Positions 10,977 to 21,679 of a DNA stretch of 64,000 nt are shown here, one piece after another; within the stretch, counting starts at the first letter, position 1, and each line of letters starts with the position of its first letter. The stretch covers positions 64,001 to 128,000 of the forward strand of contig CAWFAK010000017.1 in assembly GCA_963813715.1 (NCBI GenBank). Reading direction: 5' to 3'. Both the position numbers and the translations under genes were made by a program. The notes under the pieces were generated by a model. It did no database searches. It saw only the letters and a list, made by a program, of their open reading frames with translations, and was not told the DNA's origin. This DNA is from an uncultured Planctomycetaceae bacterium (lineage in GTDB: Bacteria; Planctomycetota; Planctomycetia; Planctomycetales; Planctomycetaceae).

Positions 10977-11780
10977 ATGTCCGAAAAAATCAAAATTGCG
11001 GTGAACGGCGCGGGCGGCCGCATGGGACAGCGGATCATCGCTCTGGCCAGCGCCGACGCGGATCTCGCCGTCACGTGCGCCGTCGAGAACAAGAACTCGC
11101 CCGTTCAGGGCCGCGATGCGGGCGACGTCGCGGGGATCGGACCGATTAACGTTCGCATCCAGCGACAGCTCGACGGTGCGATCGACGTGGTGATCGATTT
11201 CTCCGTCCCGGAATCGCTGGTGGGGCTGGCAGCGCTCTGTGCCGAACGCGAGCTTCCGCTGGTGGCCGCGACGACCGGCCTCACCGAGGCGCAAAAGTCG
11301 GAGATTCTGGCAGCCGGACATGTGATTCCGCTGATTCTCGCCCCCAGCATGAGCCTGGCCGTCAATCTGACGATGAAGCTCGTGCGGGACGCGGCGCGGG
11401 CGCTCGTCAAATACCCGGCCGGCGTCGATGTCGAGATCATCGAGCGGCACCACCGGATGAAGGAGGATGCCCCCAGCGGCACGGCCCTTGAATTCGGTCG
11501 CATCGTCGCCCAGGAAATGGGTCAAACCGAGCATGTGCACGGCCGGCACGGTCGCCCCGGCAAACGACCCCGCACCGAGATCGGCTATCACGCCGTCCGC
11601 GTCGGCGATAACGTCGGCGAGCACACGATCATTTTCGGCCTGATGGGCGAATCGATCGACCTCCACGTCCGCGGCCAATCGCGCGACAGCTATGCCTATG
11701 GCGCGCTGGCCGCCGCCAAATTCCTCGTCACGAAGGGGCCGGGCGTCTACTCGATGGCCGACGTCCTCGGTCTCGGCTGA
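10977..11780 (+). CDS. dapB: 4-hydroxy-tetrahydrodipicolinate reductase
   Basis: GAGGRMG, VIDFS, ERHHRMKEDAPSGTAL. Confidence 0.97.
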   Translation: MSEKIKIAVNGAGGRMGQRIIALASADADLAVTCAVENKNSPVQGRDAGDVAGIGPINVRIQRQLDGAIDVVIDFSVPESLVGLAALCAERELPLVAATTGLTEAQKSEILAAGHVIPLILAPSMSLAVNLTMKLVRDAARALVKYPAGVDVEIIERHHRMKEDAPSGTALEFGRIVAQEMGQTEHVHGRHGRPGKRPRTEIGYHAVRVGDNVGEHTIIFGLMGESIDLHVRGQSRDSYAYGALAAAKFLVTKGPGVYSMADVLGLG

Positions 11781-11976
11781 CGCGTGCGGGATTCCTTCGG
11801 GATCGCATTCTCTCCAGTTTGCCAAATCGGCAGATCCCTCAAGTTCCTCACGGTCAGAGACCGATCCATGGGATTGAGTCGGTGCGCCTCGCGGTCGCGC
11901 TTTGATCGCGAGGTCGGCGCCTCGCGGGACGGGGCGCGGCTCTCCCCGGCTCAAATCGAGACTCAGAGGCAGGGAC

Positions 11977-12543
11977 GTGCAAAACGGAGAACAGGCGCCG
12001 CGGGCCCATCTGCATCGACTGCGCGAGTTGCTTGCAGTCGACCGGGCGGCGGGTCTGGCGTGGGCGTTTGTGGCCAGCCGACGCTGGCTCCTCGGCGCCA
12101 TGCTGGCTACGTGCGGCCTCTTGTGCGTTCTCTCCCTGGGGCAAACGAAGCACTCGTTCGTCGCGCCGGCGCCTGATCTGCCGGAAGAGAAGTTTGACGA
12201 CGTCACAAATTTGGCGTCCGCCTCCGCGCCAAGCGGTTCGTGGTTGCATCGCTGGCTGGGGGGCAACGAGAAACCGTCCAACCAGGTGCCCGGTCTCACG
12301 CTCGGCGTGCCTCCGGCCGACGACAGCGAGCCGCCGGAAACGTCGCGTTTGACCCGTCGCTTGGACGCCGTCCGCTCCCGACAAGGTAAGGGCGCGGTGT
12401 TGACCGGAACAATCGACCCGGTGAACACATCGGCCCGTCAGTATTCGAACGCACCGCTACGTCCGCCGGCTCAGGTGCAGGCGCCGCAGACCGCCGACTC
12501 CAATAGCAATACACGCTCCACGCCCGAGTCGGTCTTCCGTTGA
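11977..12543 (+). CDS. Hypothetical membrane-anchored protein
   Basis: ORF with one hydrophobic segment filling the dapB-ExeA gap; start uncertain. Confidence 0.5.
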   Translation: MQNGEQAPRAHLHRLRELLAVDRAAGLAWAFVASRRWLLGAMLATCGLLCVLSLGQTKHSFVAPAPDLPEEKFDDVTNLASASAPSGSWLHRWLGGNEKPSNQVPGLTLGVPPADDSEPPETSRLTRRLDAVRSRQGKGAVLTGTIDPVNTSARQYSNAPLRPPAQVQAPQTADSNSNTRSTPESVFR

Positions 12544-12562
12544 GAATCCAAGGGGAAAGCTG

Positions 12563-13387
12563 ATGTACGAGCGATATTGGGACCTGGCTTGCCGGCCGTT
12601 CGAAAATCAGTTTTCGACGCCGTTCTTTTTCCACAGCGAGACGCACGAATCCGCGCTGCTCAAGCTGCGGTACGCGATCGAGAATCGCCTGGGCGTCGGC
12701 GTCTTGTGCGGCGGCATCGGCAGCGGCAAATCGGCCGTGGCCGCCGAGCTGACGCACGAGTTGAGCGTCGAGTGCGGCCCGGTGGTGCACGTCCTGTTTC
12801 CACAAATGCCGGCTGCCGATTTTCTCGCCTACCTGGCGTCCAAGCTGGGCGGCGGAGACGCACCGGCCGACTTGCGGACGGGCCTGGACCGCACGCTGCA
12901 GCGCATCGAGAGCGTGCTGCACGACTTCGCCAAGAAAGGGCGTCGGCCGACGATCGTAATCGACGACGCGCATCAGATCGATAACGTGCGCGTCTGGGAA
13001 TCTCTGCAGCTCTTGCTCAACTTCCAGCACAGCGCCGAGTGCGACTTTTCGCTGATCCTGGCCGGCGGCCTCGGCCTGATGGGACGCCTCGAGCGGACGC
13101 CGCAGCTGAACGATCGCGTGGCCGTGTGCAGCGTGCTGGAACCGCTGTCGCGGACGGAGACCATTCGCTACGTCGCGCACCGCATGTCGGTCGCTGGCGC
13201 CAAGCGGGACCTCTTCGACCGCAGCGCGCTGGACGCTCTGTGCGAACGCTCCGGCGGCGTCCCCCGTCGCATCAATCGGCTGGCCGACCTGGCCCTGGTC
13301 GTCGGCTATGCGGACGAGCTGACGGAAATCACGGGCCACGAAATCGATGCCGTGGCGGAAGAATTACCGTTCGCCGCCGCCGCGTAA
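12563..13387 (+). CDS. ExeA/GspA-type AAA+ ATPase
   Basis: MYERYW-L---PF N-terminus, Walker A GGIGSGKS, Walker B IVIDDAH, SGGVPRRINRL. Confidence 0.9.
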   Translation: MYERYWDLACRPFENQFSTPFFFHSETHESALLKLRYAIENRLGVGVLCGGIGSGKSAVAAELTHELSVECGPVVHVLFPQMPAADFLAYLASKLGGGDAPADLRTGLDRTLQRIESVLHDFAKKGRRPTIVIDDAHQIDNVRVWESLQLLLNFQHSAECDFSLILAGGLGLMGRLERTPQLNDRVAVCSVLEPLSRTETIRYVAHRMSVAGAKRDLFDRSALDALCERSGGVPRRINRLADLALVVGYADELTEITGHEIDAVAEELPFAAAA

Positions 13388-13400
13388 GTGCGAGGCTTAA

Positions 13401-13503
13401 GCGCGAAGACCGAATAACGATAGAAACACGAAGCCCGAGGGAGGGTCGACTCCTGCGGGCTTCGGTCGTTTCTTCGTCATTCCCAGTTCGTCATTCATGC
13501 TTC
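13401..13503. repeat. Second, more degenerate heptamer-based palindromic element
   Basis: GAAACACGAAGCCCG ... CGGGCTTCGGTCGTTTC arms plus TTCGTCATTC twice; between convergent genes. Confidence 0.65.
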
Positions 13504-14111
13504 CGCAGCTGGCTCGCGGTACATGCCGTGCTCGTGGATGTAGACTTCGCACGGCCGCGGAGTCATGAAGCGGATGCTCTTGCCTTCGCGCACGCGGCGC
13601 GGATGTCGGTGCTCGAGAGATCGATGCCCGGCATGGTGACGAGCCGCACCCGATCGGCAACCTTGTGGCCCAACGCGCGGCGCAGTTGATCGAGATCGGG
13701 CAACGGCCGGTCACCCCGGTTGACGGCTACGATCGTCGCCAGCTCGACGATGCCGGCCGGGTCGCGCCAGCCAGGCAGATCGGCGAGCGAATCGGCGCCG
13801 ATCAGAAAGAATAATTCCCGCGACGGATCCTCGGCGTGAATCTCGCGGAGCGTGTCGACAGTGAAACTGCGGCCCGCCCGGCCCAGCTCGAGCCGATTGA
13901 CCTCGAACTGCGGATGGCCGGCAATCGCGAACTCGACGACCTCGGCCCGCTGTTGGCCCGCGGAAATTCCTTCGGCCGCCTTGTGCGGCGGCTGACCGGC
14001 CGGCAGGAACCAGACGCGATCGAGCCCGCATTCTTCGCGGCACCGCTCCGCGAGCAGCAGGTGTCCGAAATGGATCGGATCGAACGTTCCGCCGAGTAGG
14101 CCGAGTCGCAT
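13495..14111 (-). CDS. nadD: Nicotinate-nucleotide adenylyltransferase (frameshift near 13597)
   Basis: GGTFDPIHFGH, PPHK, IGADS, LSSTDIR; the C-terminus RVREGKSIRFMTP continues in a shifted frame to TGA at 13495. Confidence 0.93.
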
Positions 14112-14269
14112 CGTATGAGTCCGTGGGCGAGGCACGCGCCGATCCAGTGTCGATTGGCCGACCGGCCGCCTCGATTCCGGAGAATTGTAGACTCCTCCGG
14201 AACTCGAGAACCAGCCGACACCCTCGATGCCCGTCCATTTCTGTCGACCCGGGTGCTGGGATAGCATTG

Positions 14270-14299
14270 CCGTCGGATAGAATTCCGTCGGATAGAATT
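14270..14299. repeat. 15-bp tandem duplication CCGTCGGATAGAATT in the nadD/priA divergent intergenic region
   Basis: Two exact copies at 14270-14284 and 14285-14299. Confidence 0.85.
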
Positions 14300-14322
14300 G
14301 TCCTGGGAGGGACGCCCGAGAC

Positions 14323-16634
14323 GTGGTGGCAAAGAAAAGTTCGCAGCCGGCTCTGTTCGACGCCGTAAGCTTTCCGCCAGACCCACTGCCGTGGGAGGTG
14401 GCGGCCGAGAACGATCGGCTGGTCGCGCGGCTGGTGTTCAATCGGCCCATCGATACGCCGTTCGACTACCTGGTGCCGGATGGCTTGCGGACGCTGATTG
14501 CGCCCGGGCAGCGCGTCAAAGCACCGTTCGGCAAAGGCGACCGGCACACCGTCGGCTACTGCGTGGCGCATCGCGGCGACGAGCGAGCAAAAGCGGCTCA
14601 AAACGATCGACTCAATCCTCGATCGCCGGCCCCTCGTCTCCGAGAGCATGCTGCGGCTCACGCGGTGGATTGCCGACTATTACCTCTGCAGTTGGGGCCA
14701 GGTGCTTGAATCGGTGGTGCCGGCCGGGGTGAAGCAGCAGGCCGGCACGCGGCTGGTCACGTCGTTTGTGTGCGCAGACCAACCGGCCGGCGACGGACCG
14801 GCTCCCAAGCTGTCGGCCAAGCAAAAAGCTCTGCTGGACGTGTTGGCGACCGCGGGACGTCCGATGGATGCGGCCGAGCTGACGCAAGCGGCCGAATGCG
14901 GCACGGCGCCACTGGCCGCGTTGCGACAAAAAGGCCTGATTCGCGCCGTTCGACATCGCCAGACGCAGGCCCGCCCGACGGAACCGCCGTCGCGCGAAGC
15001 CGATCTGGCGCTCAATGCGGATCAACAACGGGCGCTCGAGACGATTTTGGGTCTCCAGCGCGCCGGCCAGCACCGCACCGTCTTGTTGCACGGCGTCACC
15101 GGCAGCGGCAAGACCGAGGTCTATATTCAGGCGATTCGCGAAGTCGTCAGTTACGGTCGCCAGGCGATCGTGCTGGTGCCGGAAATCAGCCTCACGCCGC
15201 AGACGATCCGGCGGTTTCGCCGCCGCTTTGCTTCAGTCGCCGTGTCTGCACAGTCATTTGAGCGACGCGGAGCGGCACTGGCACTGGCAGCAGATCGCCT
15301 CGGGCAGCGTGGAAGTCGTGATCGGCGCCCGCAGCGCGGTCTTCGCCCCGACGCCCAACCTGGGCTTGATCGTGATCGACGAGGAGCACGAAACGACCTT
15401 CAAGCAGGAGACGACGCCCCGCTATCACGCACGAGACGTCGCGAGGCAACGGGCCCAACTCGAAAACATTCCGCTGATCCTGGGCTCCGCTACGCCGACG
15501 CTCGAATCGTGGCTCCGCGTGCAGCAGGGGCAGGACACGCTTGTCTCGCTGCCCAAGCGAGTCGAGCGCCGGCCGCTGCCGCCGGTAATCGTGGTTGACG
15601 TCCGCAACGATCCAATGGTGCGTCGCGGGGCGGCGATCGGTCGGGCTCTCGAACAGGCGATCCGACACGTGCTTCACGACGACGGCACGGGCCAGATCAT
15701 CTTGTTCCTCAACCTCCGCGGATTTTCGCCGGCCATCTGGTGCCGCTCGTGCGGGGCCAGCGTCAAATGTCCCGACGTGCGACGTCACGCTGGCCTGGCA
15801 CAAGGATCGCGGCAAGGCTTTGTGCCACGTCTGCGACTACGAATGCGACCCGCCCGCCTTCTGTCCCGGCTGCAACCATGCCGGGCTGCGTTACGTGGGC
15901 ATCGGCACGCAGCGGCTCGAGCAGGAAGTGCGGGCGCGGTTTCCCGGGCGTCGCTTGCGTGCGGATGGATAGCGACGCCATGCGAAAGCGCGGCAGCCAC
16001 GACGCGGCCCTCGAGCAATTTCGCCACGGTCACGCCCGCATCCTGCTGGGCACTCAGATGATCGCCAAGGGACTCGATTTTCCCAACGTCACGCTGGTGG
16101 GCGTGGTGAATGCCGACACGATTTTGCATCAGCCGGACTTCCGGGCTTCGGAGCGGACGTTTCAGTTGATTTCCCAAGTGTCGGGTCGGACGGGACGTGG
16201 CCCACGCGGCGGGCGGGTGCTGGTGCAAACGTCCGTTCCGGACGAGCCCGTCCATCGTGTTGGCTTCGAAGCACGATTTTGCCGGGTTCGTGAAACAGGA
16301 ATGGGGACACCGCCAGGCCCTGCTGGCCCCGCCCTGCCGGCAATTCACGCGAATCATCATTCGCGGTGAGCACGAGGACGAGGTCCGCGAAGAGGCCCGC
16401 CGCATTGCGACGCTGTGCAGCGAAACCGCCAAAGCGCAGGCACTCGATGTCCGCTTGCTTGGCCCGGCGCCGGCGCCGATCTCACGGATCAAGGGGCAGT
16501 ATCGCTTCCACGTGATGCTCGCGGCCCCGCAGGGCGATGCCGTACGAACCCTGTGGAGGCAGGTGGCGTCGCAACTTTCACCGCGCGAGGACGTCGAGTG
16601 GACCATCGACGTCGACCCGATCAATTTGCGCTAA
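14323..16634 (+). CDS. priA: Primosomal protein N' (about 5 frameshifts)
   Basis: [38 protein letters not shown], CxxC clusters, [12 protein letters not shown] and terminal IDVDP, spread over six ORF fragments. Confidence 0.95.
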
Positions 16635-16813
16635 GACCGGCAATCTGCGCGACGGCCCTCAATCTGCGACAAGACGGGATCGGTCGCTCGCTTTTCGAGC
16701 GACGGGGGGAATGAAAAGTGCGGAATCTTCGCCATCGAATCTTCATCATGCACGCAAGGGCGTGCGGCGCAACGGTTTCGTCCGGTGAACGCGGCCCCAT
16801 GGCCCCCCACAAT

Positions 16814-16843
16814 TTGACGCCCGTTTTTTCCAGCCGATATAAT
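16814..16843 (+). promoter_or_regulatory. Sigma70-type promoter upstream of the NfeD gene
   Basis: TTGACG-N18-TATAAT. Confidence 0.7.
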
Positions 16844-17065
16844 CGGTTGCACTGTCGGAGGTTCCTTATTCGGCGCGGCGCCACGGGCCGATGCCAGCGC
16901 GGTCTCAGCGAGACAGTGACGGATCTTAGGTCAGTGCACTGTCCGGGAGACAGCGACGCAGTCCGGCAACGGTGATCCGGCAGCGACCGGATCAACCTGC
17001 CCCGTTTGACTTTGAGGGGGGCGGGCCCACGTTGAGTCTGCCGCTATTCGGGAAGCTCACAGTCT

Positions 17066-19388
17066 ATGGATTGTCTGCGAACCTCGTTGGCACGCTTGGG
17101 GATCCTCCTCGGGGCCTGTCTGTCTTTGGCGACGCTGGACGCCGCAACGGCGCTCGGGGCGGATCCGCCGGACATCCTCGCCGGCATCAAGAGCGGGGGC
17201 GATAAAGCGGTCGACGCAGCCAAGCCGCCCGAGCAGCCACTCGGGAAGTACATCACGGTCACCAGCCCGGTCGACGACCTGGTCTTCGGCCGCGTGAAAA
17301 ATGCCGTTCTGAACCTGGAGAGCCAGGCCCAGCAGCAGCATCGCAAGGCCGTGCTGATTCTCGAAATCACACACGGGACGACCCCCTTTCATCAGGTCTA
17401 CGGGCTGGCGAAGTTTCTGACGTCGGCGGAGATTGCGGACGTCAAAACGGTCGCCTGGGTCCCCGAAAATGTGACCGGCAACAACGTCGTGATCGCGCTG
17501 GCGTGCAACGAAATCATCATGCACCCCGACGCCGACTTGGGGGACATCGGACAGGGCAAACCGCTCGACCGCGACGAGCAGCAGGACGTGCTGCGACTGA
17601 TCGAGAAGCGGCACAACCCGCTGCTCAGCCCTGCCCTCGTCCTGGGCATGTGCGATCCGCAGCGGGAGACGTTGCGGGCTAAAGTGCAAATGCCGCCGTC
17701 GGGCAAAGACGCCAAGGAAACGACCGAATTTCGTATCGTCACCAAGGACGAACTCGAGCGGCTGCAACGCAGCAAGCTGCCCATTCTCGACGTGCAGACG
17801 ATCAAGGAAGCGGGCGACCTGGGGACCTATTCCGGCAGCAAGGCCCGCGGCCTGGGCGTGCTGACGGTGCAGACCATCCAGACGCGGGGCGAACTTGCCG
17901 ACGTTTACAACCTGCCGCGCGAGGCCCTCCGCGACGACCCGATCGCGGGCGAAAAGCCCCACGTGCAGATGATCAAGGTCGACGGAGTGATCGATTCGGT
18001 GCTCGAAGCATTCCTCGAACGGCAGATCGACCGGGCCGTCGCGGCGGGCGTCAACACGTTGATCTTCGAGATCGATTCCCCCGGCGGCGGCTTGCTGCAG
18101 AGCACGAGTCTCGCCAATGCGATCGCCGACCTCGACCCGAAAAAAATCCGCACGATCGCCTACGTGCCCAAAGGGAAGCAAGCGCTCGAGCGGCGCGGCC
18201 ATCATTGCGCTCGGCTGCGATGAGATCTACATGGATCGCGACGCGCTCACCATCGGCGATGCCGAGCCGATCGAGTTGCGGACGGGGCACCAGTTCGAGC
18301 ACGTTCCGGAAAAAATTCTGAGCAACCTCCGCGAAGTGTTGAAGATCTTGGCCACCCGCAAGGGGCGGCCGCCGGCGCTCGCGGAAGCGATGGCCGACAA
18401 GGATCTCCAGGTCTTTCAAGTCAAGAATCGGCGGACGGGCCGGGTTTGGTACTTGTCGGATGCGGAGATTCAGGCCTCCAATGGCGAGTGGGAGCGAGGC
18501 CTGCCCGTTCCGGAGACGGGGCAAAATCACCTGCTCACGCTCTCGCCGGCCCGAGCCCACGAACTGGGCCTGGCCGAAACGCCGGTCCGCGACTTCGACG
18601 ATCTCAAACAGCGGTTGGGCATTCCGGCCGAAGTGACCGTGGCAGAAGCGAAGCAGACCTGGGTCGATTCCCTGGTGTTTTGGCTCAATACGGAGCTGGC
18701 CCTGTTCTTCCTGGTCGTCGTCGGCTTCATCTGCATCTACATCGAGCTGCACCTGATGACGGGGTTGCTCTCGATCATTGCCGCCCTCTGCTTTGCCCTA
18801 TTCTTCTGGAGCCATTTCCTGGGCGGGACGGCTGGCTGGCTCGAGGTGATCCTGTTCCTGATCGGCGCGACGTGCCTGGCGCTCGAAATGTTCGTGATTC
18901 CCGGCTCGGGTTTCTTCGGCGTGACCGGCGTGCTGTTGATCTTCGCCTCGCTGATTCTGGCCAGCCAGACGTGGGGCAACCTCGAGCCCAACGAAGACTA
19001 CAAGCGGCTCTCGTACACGATGGGCACGCTGGGGGCGTCGATCGTTTCGATCGTGGTGATTGCGCTCGTCACGAGCCGGTTTTTGCCGCACGTCCGCGTG
19101 TTCGACAAGCTCGTGCTCTCGCCGCCGGGCGGTCCGGACATGCAGCGTTTTGGCCCGCGGCTCAATCCCCGCTTGGCTGACGACGGCGCCGGCCACTTCT
19201 CCGAGCATCCCCGCTCGCTGGTCGGCCAGGAGGGAACGGCACTCACCGTGCTGCGTCCGGCCGGCAAAGCCAAGATTCACGGCCGCACGATCGACGTCGT
19301 GAGCGAAGGGCCCTTCATCCAGCCGGAAACTCGGGTCGAGGTGGTGGAGGTCTCGGGCAACCGCGTCGTCGTTCGCCAGATCGTGTAG
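17066..19388 (+). CDS. Long NfeD-family membrane-bound serine protease (ClpP/S49-like domains, TM region, OB-fold; frameshift near 18190)
   Basis: EIDSPGG, SGAAIIALGCDEIYM, LEMFVIPG, G-ALTVLRPAGKA..DVVSEG C-terminal NfeD signature. Confidence 0.88.
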
Positions 19389-19400
19389 GGCATTCCCGCG

Positions 19401-20555
19401 TTATTTGATCACGGCGGGCGCGGCGCCTAAGAGCACCTGGCTGACGAAGTCCCAGCTGTCCTGCAGCATCACTTTCAGGTTGCCTTCGACGAGCACGATG
19501 TCTCCCGGCTGCAGCAGGATGTTTTCGTTCTGCTTGCGGGAGGCTTCGCGGAGGCTGACTTGAATCAGCACGCGGTCGTTTTGCCCGGCAACCTCGCGGC
19601 AAACGAGCACCGAGTCGATCATCTTGTACGTGGCGCCCTGCGCACGGGAAATCGCGTCGAGCACGCGAAACTCGGTCCCGATCGGGAACTCATAGCAGCC
19701 CGGCTTGTGCACCATTCCGGTGACGACCACGCCCGGCGGATCGTGCCGCTCGACGCTGACGACGTCGCCGTCGGCCAGCTCCTGTTGCGCGAGATCGGGT
19801 GAGCCGACCGCCAGATGGACTTCTCGATTTTCCGAGAGCGGCGCGGCCGGCGTATTGAGCAGCGCCGGCTGCGCAGCCTCCAACGGCGTGGAGGCCGCAG
19901 TCGCCTCGGCTCCCGCCGGGGAGACGTCGGGTGTGCGGCGGCTGTGAATGGAGATCGTCGTGCCGGCATCGCGCGAGAGTCCGCCTGCGGCCGCCAGTGC
20001 CGAAACCAGGTTGCTCGACTGGCGCGGCAGCGTATAGAGCCCGGGATGCTGCACCGCCCCCGTGACGGTGATGTGGTGCTGCCGCGGCTGCACGAGCGAC
20101 ACCTGCACGAGCGGTTTTTGGGCGAGCCCCTGCTGGTGGCAAGCCTGCACGACCGCGGCTTGAGAATAATCGGTGGTCACGCCGGCGACGGGAATTTTAC
20201 CCAAGAGGGGCAGTTCGACAGCGCCGTCGCGGCCGACCGTGGTGCGGAGCCGCATCAAGTCCGTGTTGTTTAAGCCGGTCGCCACGAGCACTTCCACTTC
20301 GTCGCCCGCATCGAACTTCGGCGCGGGGTGGTCGGGAGTGCTCGCGGCCAGATCCACGCCGCAGGGCGCCTGCCAGCGCGGGGCCCGCAATTCGCTGGGC
20401 AGCTCTCCAGCCATGTAATGATGCTCGGTCGCCGCGCAGCCGAGCGAAAGGCCCGCGCACAAGAGCGCGACCAAAAGCACGCAGCGCATCGCTCGCGGGG
20501 TCCGGACGGAATTCCGCCGGACGGCGTGCGCCGGGAACGAAAGCATCGTCACCAT
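19401..20555 (-). CDS. Polysaccharide export/SLBB-domain (Wza-like) lipoprotein
   Basis: LSLGC lipobox-like motif; DGAVELPLLGKIPVAG, VTGAVQHPG, ALAAAGG, LQPGDIVLV. Confidence 0.85.
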   Translation of the reverse strand: MVTMLSFPAHAVRRNSVRTPRAMRCVLLVALLCAGLSLGCAATEHHYMAGELPSELRAPRWQAPCGVDLAASTPDHPAPKFDAGDEVEVLVATGLNNTDLMRLRTTVGRDGAVELPLLGKIPVAGVTTDYSQAAVVQACHQQGLAQKPLVQVSLVQPRQHHITVTGAVQHPGLYTLPRQSSNLVSALAAAGGLSRDAGTTISIHSRRTPDVSPAGAEATAASTPLEAAQPALLNTPAAPLSENREVHLAVGSPDLAQQELADGDVVSVERHDPPGVVVTGMVHKPGCYEFPIGTEFRVLDAISRAQGATYKMIDSVLVCREVAGQNDRVLIQVSLREASRKQNENILLQPGDIVLVEGNLKVMLQDSWDFVSQVLLGAAPAVIK

Positions 20556-20648
20556 GGGGGTGGGTGAGGCGTAGGGAAAAAGCAGAAAGGAATTGTGGAG
20601 AGGTTGGAGGGATGCGGACTTTATGCCGACCGCGGCGTGCGTGTCAAC

Positions 20649-20713
20649 GTTAGTTCAGAGGGTTAGTTCAGAGGGTGAGTTCAGACGGTGAGTTCGGACA
20701 GTGAGTTCAGCGG
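20649..20713. repeat. Five tandem 13-bp repeats, approximately GT(T/G)AGTTCAGA(G/C)G
   Basis: Units start at 20649, 20662, 20675, 20688 and 20701; the first two are identical. Confidence 0.9.
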
Positions 20714-20816
20714 CGTTAAGGCGGGGAATTCGCGGCGGGTGGGCGCGGCCAAGCCGTCGTAGGTGGGACTGGCCTTGCCAACACGGGCAGGAACACGGCG
20801 GAGGCGGTTGCGGCCG

Positions 20817-21638
20817 TCAGGCGGCCTGATCGTCCCACTCGTTCTCGTAGCGCCTCCGTTCGGCCGACTGGGCGTTGAGCGACGAGTTGAACGCGTCCTT
20901 GCCTTCGATGATCGAGCCGGCGTCGAACCGGTGGCCGAAGTAAAGGTCGCGGGCCATCTTATCGTTGAGCACGGTTTCGGCATCGCCGCTGACGACGACT
21001 TTGCCCGCGCAAATAATGTAGTTGCGGTGGGTGATCGTGAGCGTTTCGCGCTCTCGGTGGTCGGTCAGCAGAATCGAGATGCCGCTGTCACAGAGCTCGG
21101 CGATGATGTCCTGAATGCTGGCGATCGTGACCGGGTCGATGCCGGTGAACGGCTCGTCGAGCAGAATCAGCGAGGGCTTGCTAGCCAGGCAGCGGGCGAT
21201 TTCCAGCCGCCGCCGCTCGCCGCCGGAGAGCGTGGAAGCGATTTGCCGCCGTTTGTTCTGGAGCCCGAACTGATTGAGCAATCGATCGATCATCGACACT
21301 CGCTCTTTGCGGCTCAGGTCGAGATATTCCAGAATGGCTGACACGTTCTGCTCGACCGACAGCTTGCGGAAGATGCTGTTGTCCTGCGGCAGAAAGCCCA
21401 TTCCGGCCCGAGCCCGCTTGTACATCGGCCAGCGCGTGACTTCCTTGCCTCCCAGGCGGACCGTCCCCTTGGTGGGAGCGATCAGGCCGCAGGCCATGCG
21501 GAACGACGTGGTCTTGCCCGCGCCATTGGGGCCCAGCAGGCCGACGATCTCCCCCCGCTCGACGTAGAAATCGATGTCATCGACGGCCCGCTTGCCCGGG
21601 TAATCCTTCACCAGGCCTTGGCATTCCAAAAGCGCCAT
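20817..21638 (-). CDS. lptB: LPS export ABC transporter ATP-binding protein
   Basis: GEIVGLLGPNGAGKTT, PMYKRAR-G-GFLPQ, LSGGERRRLEIAR, LLDEPFTGIDP. Confidence 0.93.
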   Translation of the reverse strand: MALLECQGLVKDYPGKRAVDDIDFYVERGEIVGLLGPNGAGKTTSFRMACGLIAPTKGTVRLGGKEVTRWPMYKRARAGMGFLPQDNSIFRKLSVEQNVSAILEYLDLSRKERVSMIDRLLNQFGLQNKRRQIASTLSGGERRRLEIARCLASKPSLILLDEPFTGIDPVTIASIQDIIAELCDSGISILLTDHRERETLTITHRNYIICAGKVVVSGDAETVLNDKMARDLYFGHRFDAGSIIEGKDAFNSSLNAQSAERRRYENEWDDQAA

Positions 21639-21679
21639 GAGACGTCCTCCTTGACGGCCCGCCGCGCTAGGCGGCGGGT

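Noticed and set aside
14323..16634. priA as a pseudogene or programmed frameshift
   Set aside because: Essential gene with intact motifs; the breaks lack consistent slippery sites and match the window-wide indel pattern
20649..20713. Possible CRISPR array
   Set aside because: The units are 13 bp and contiguous with no spacers; no cas genes are present
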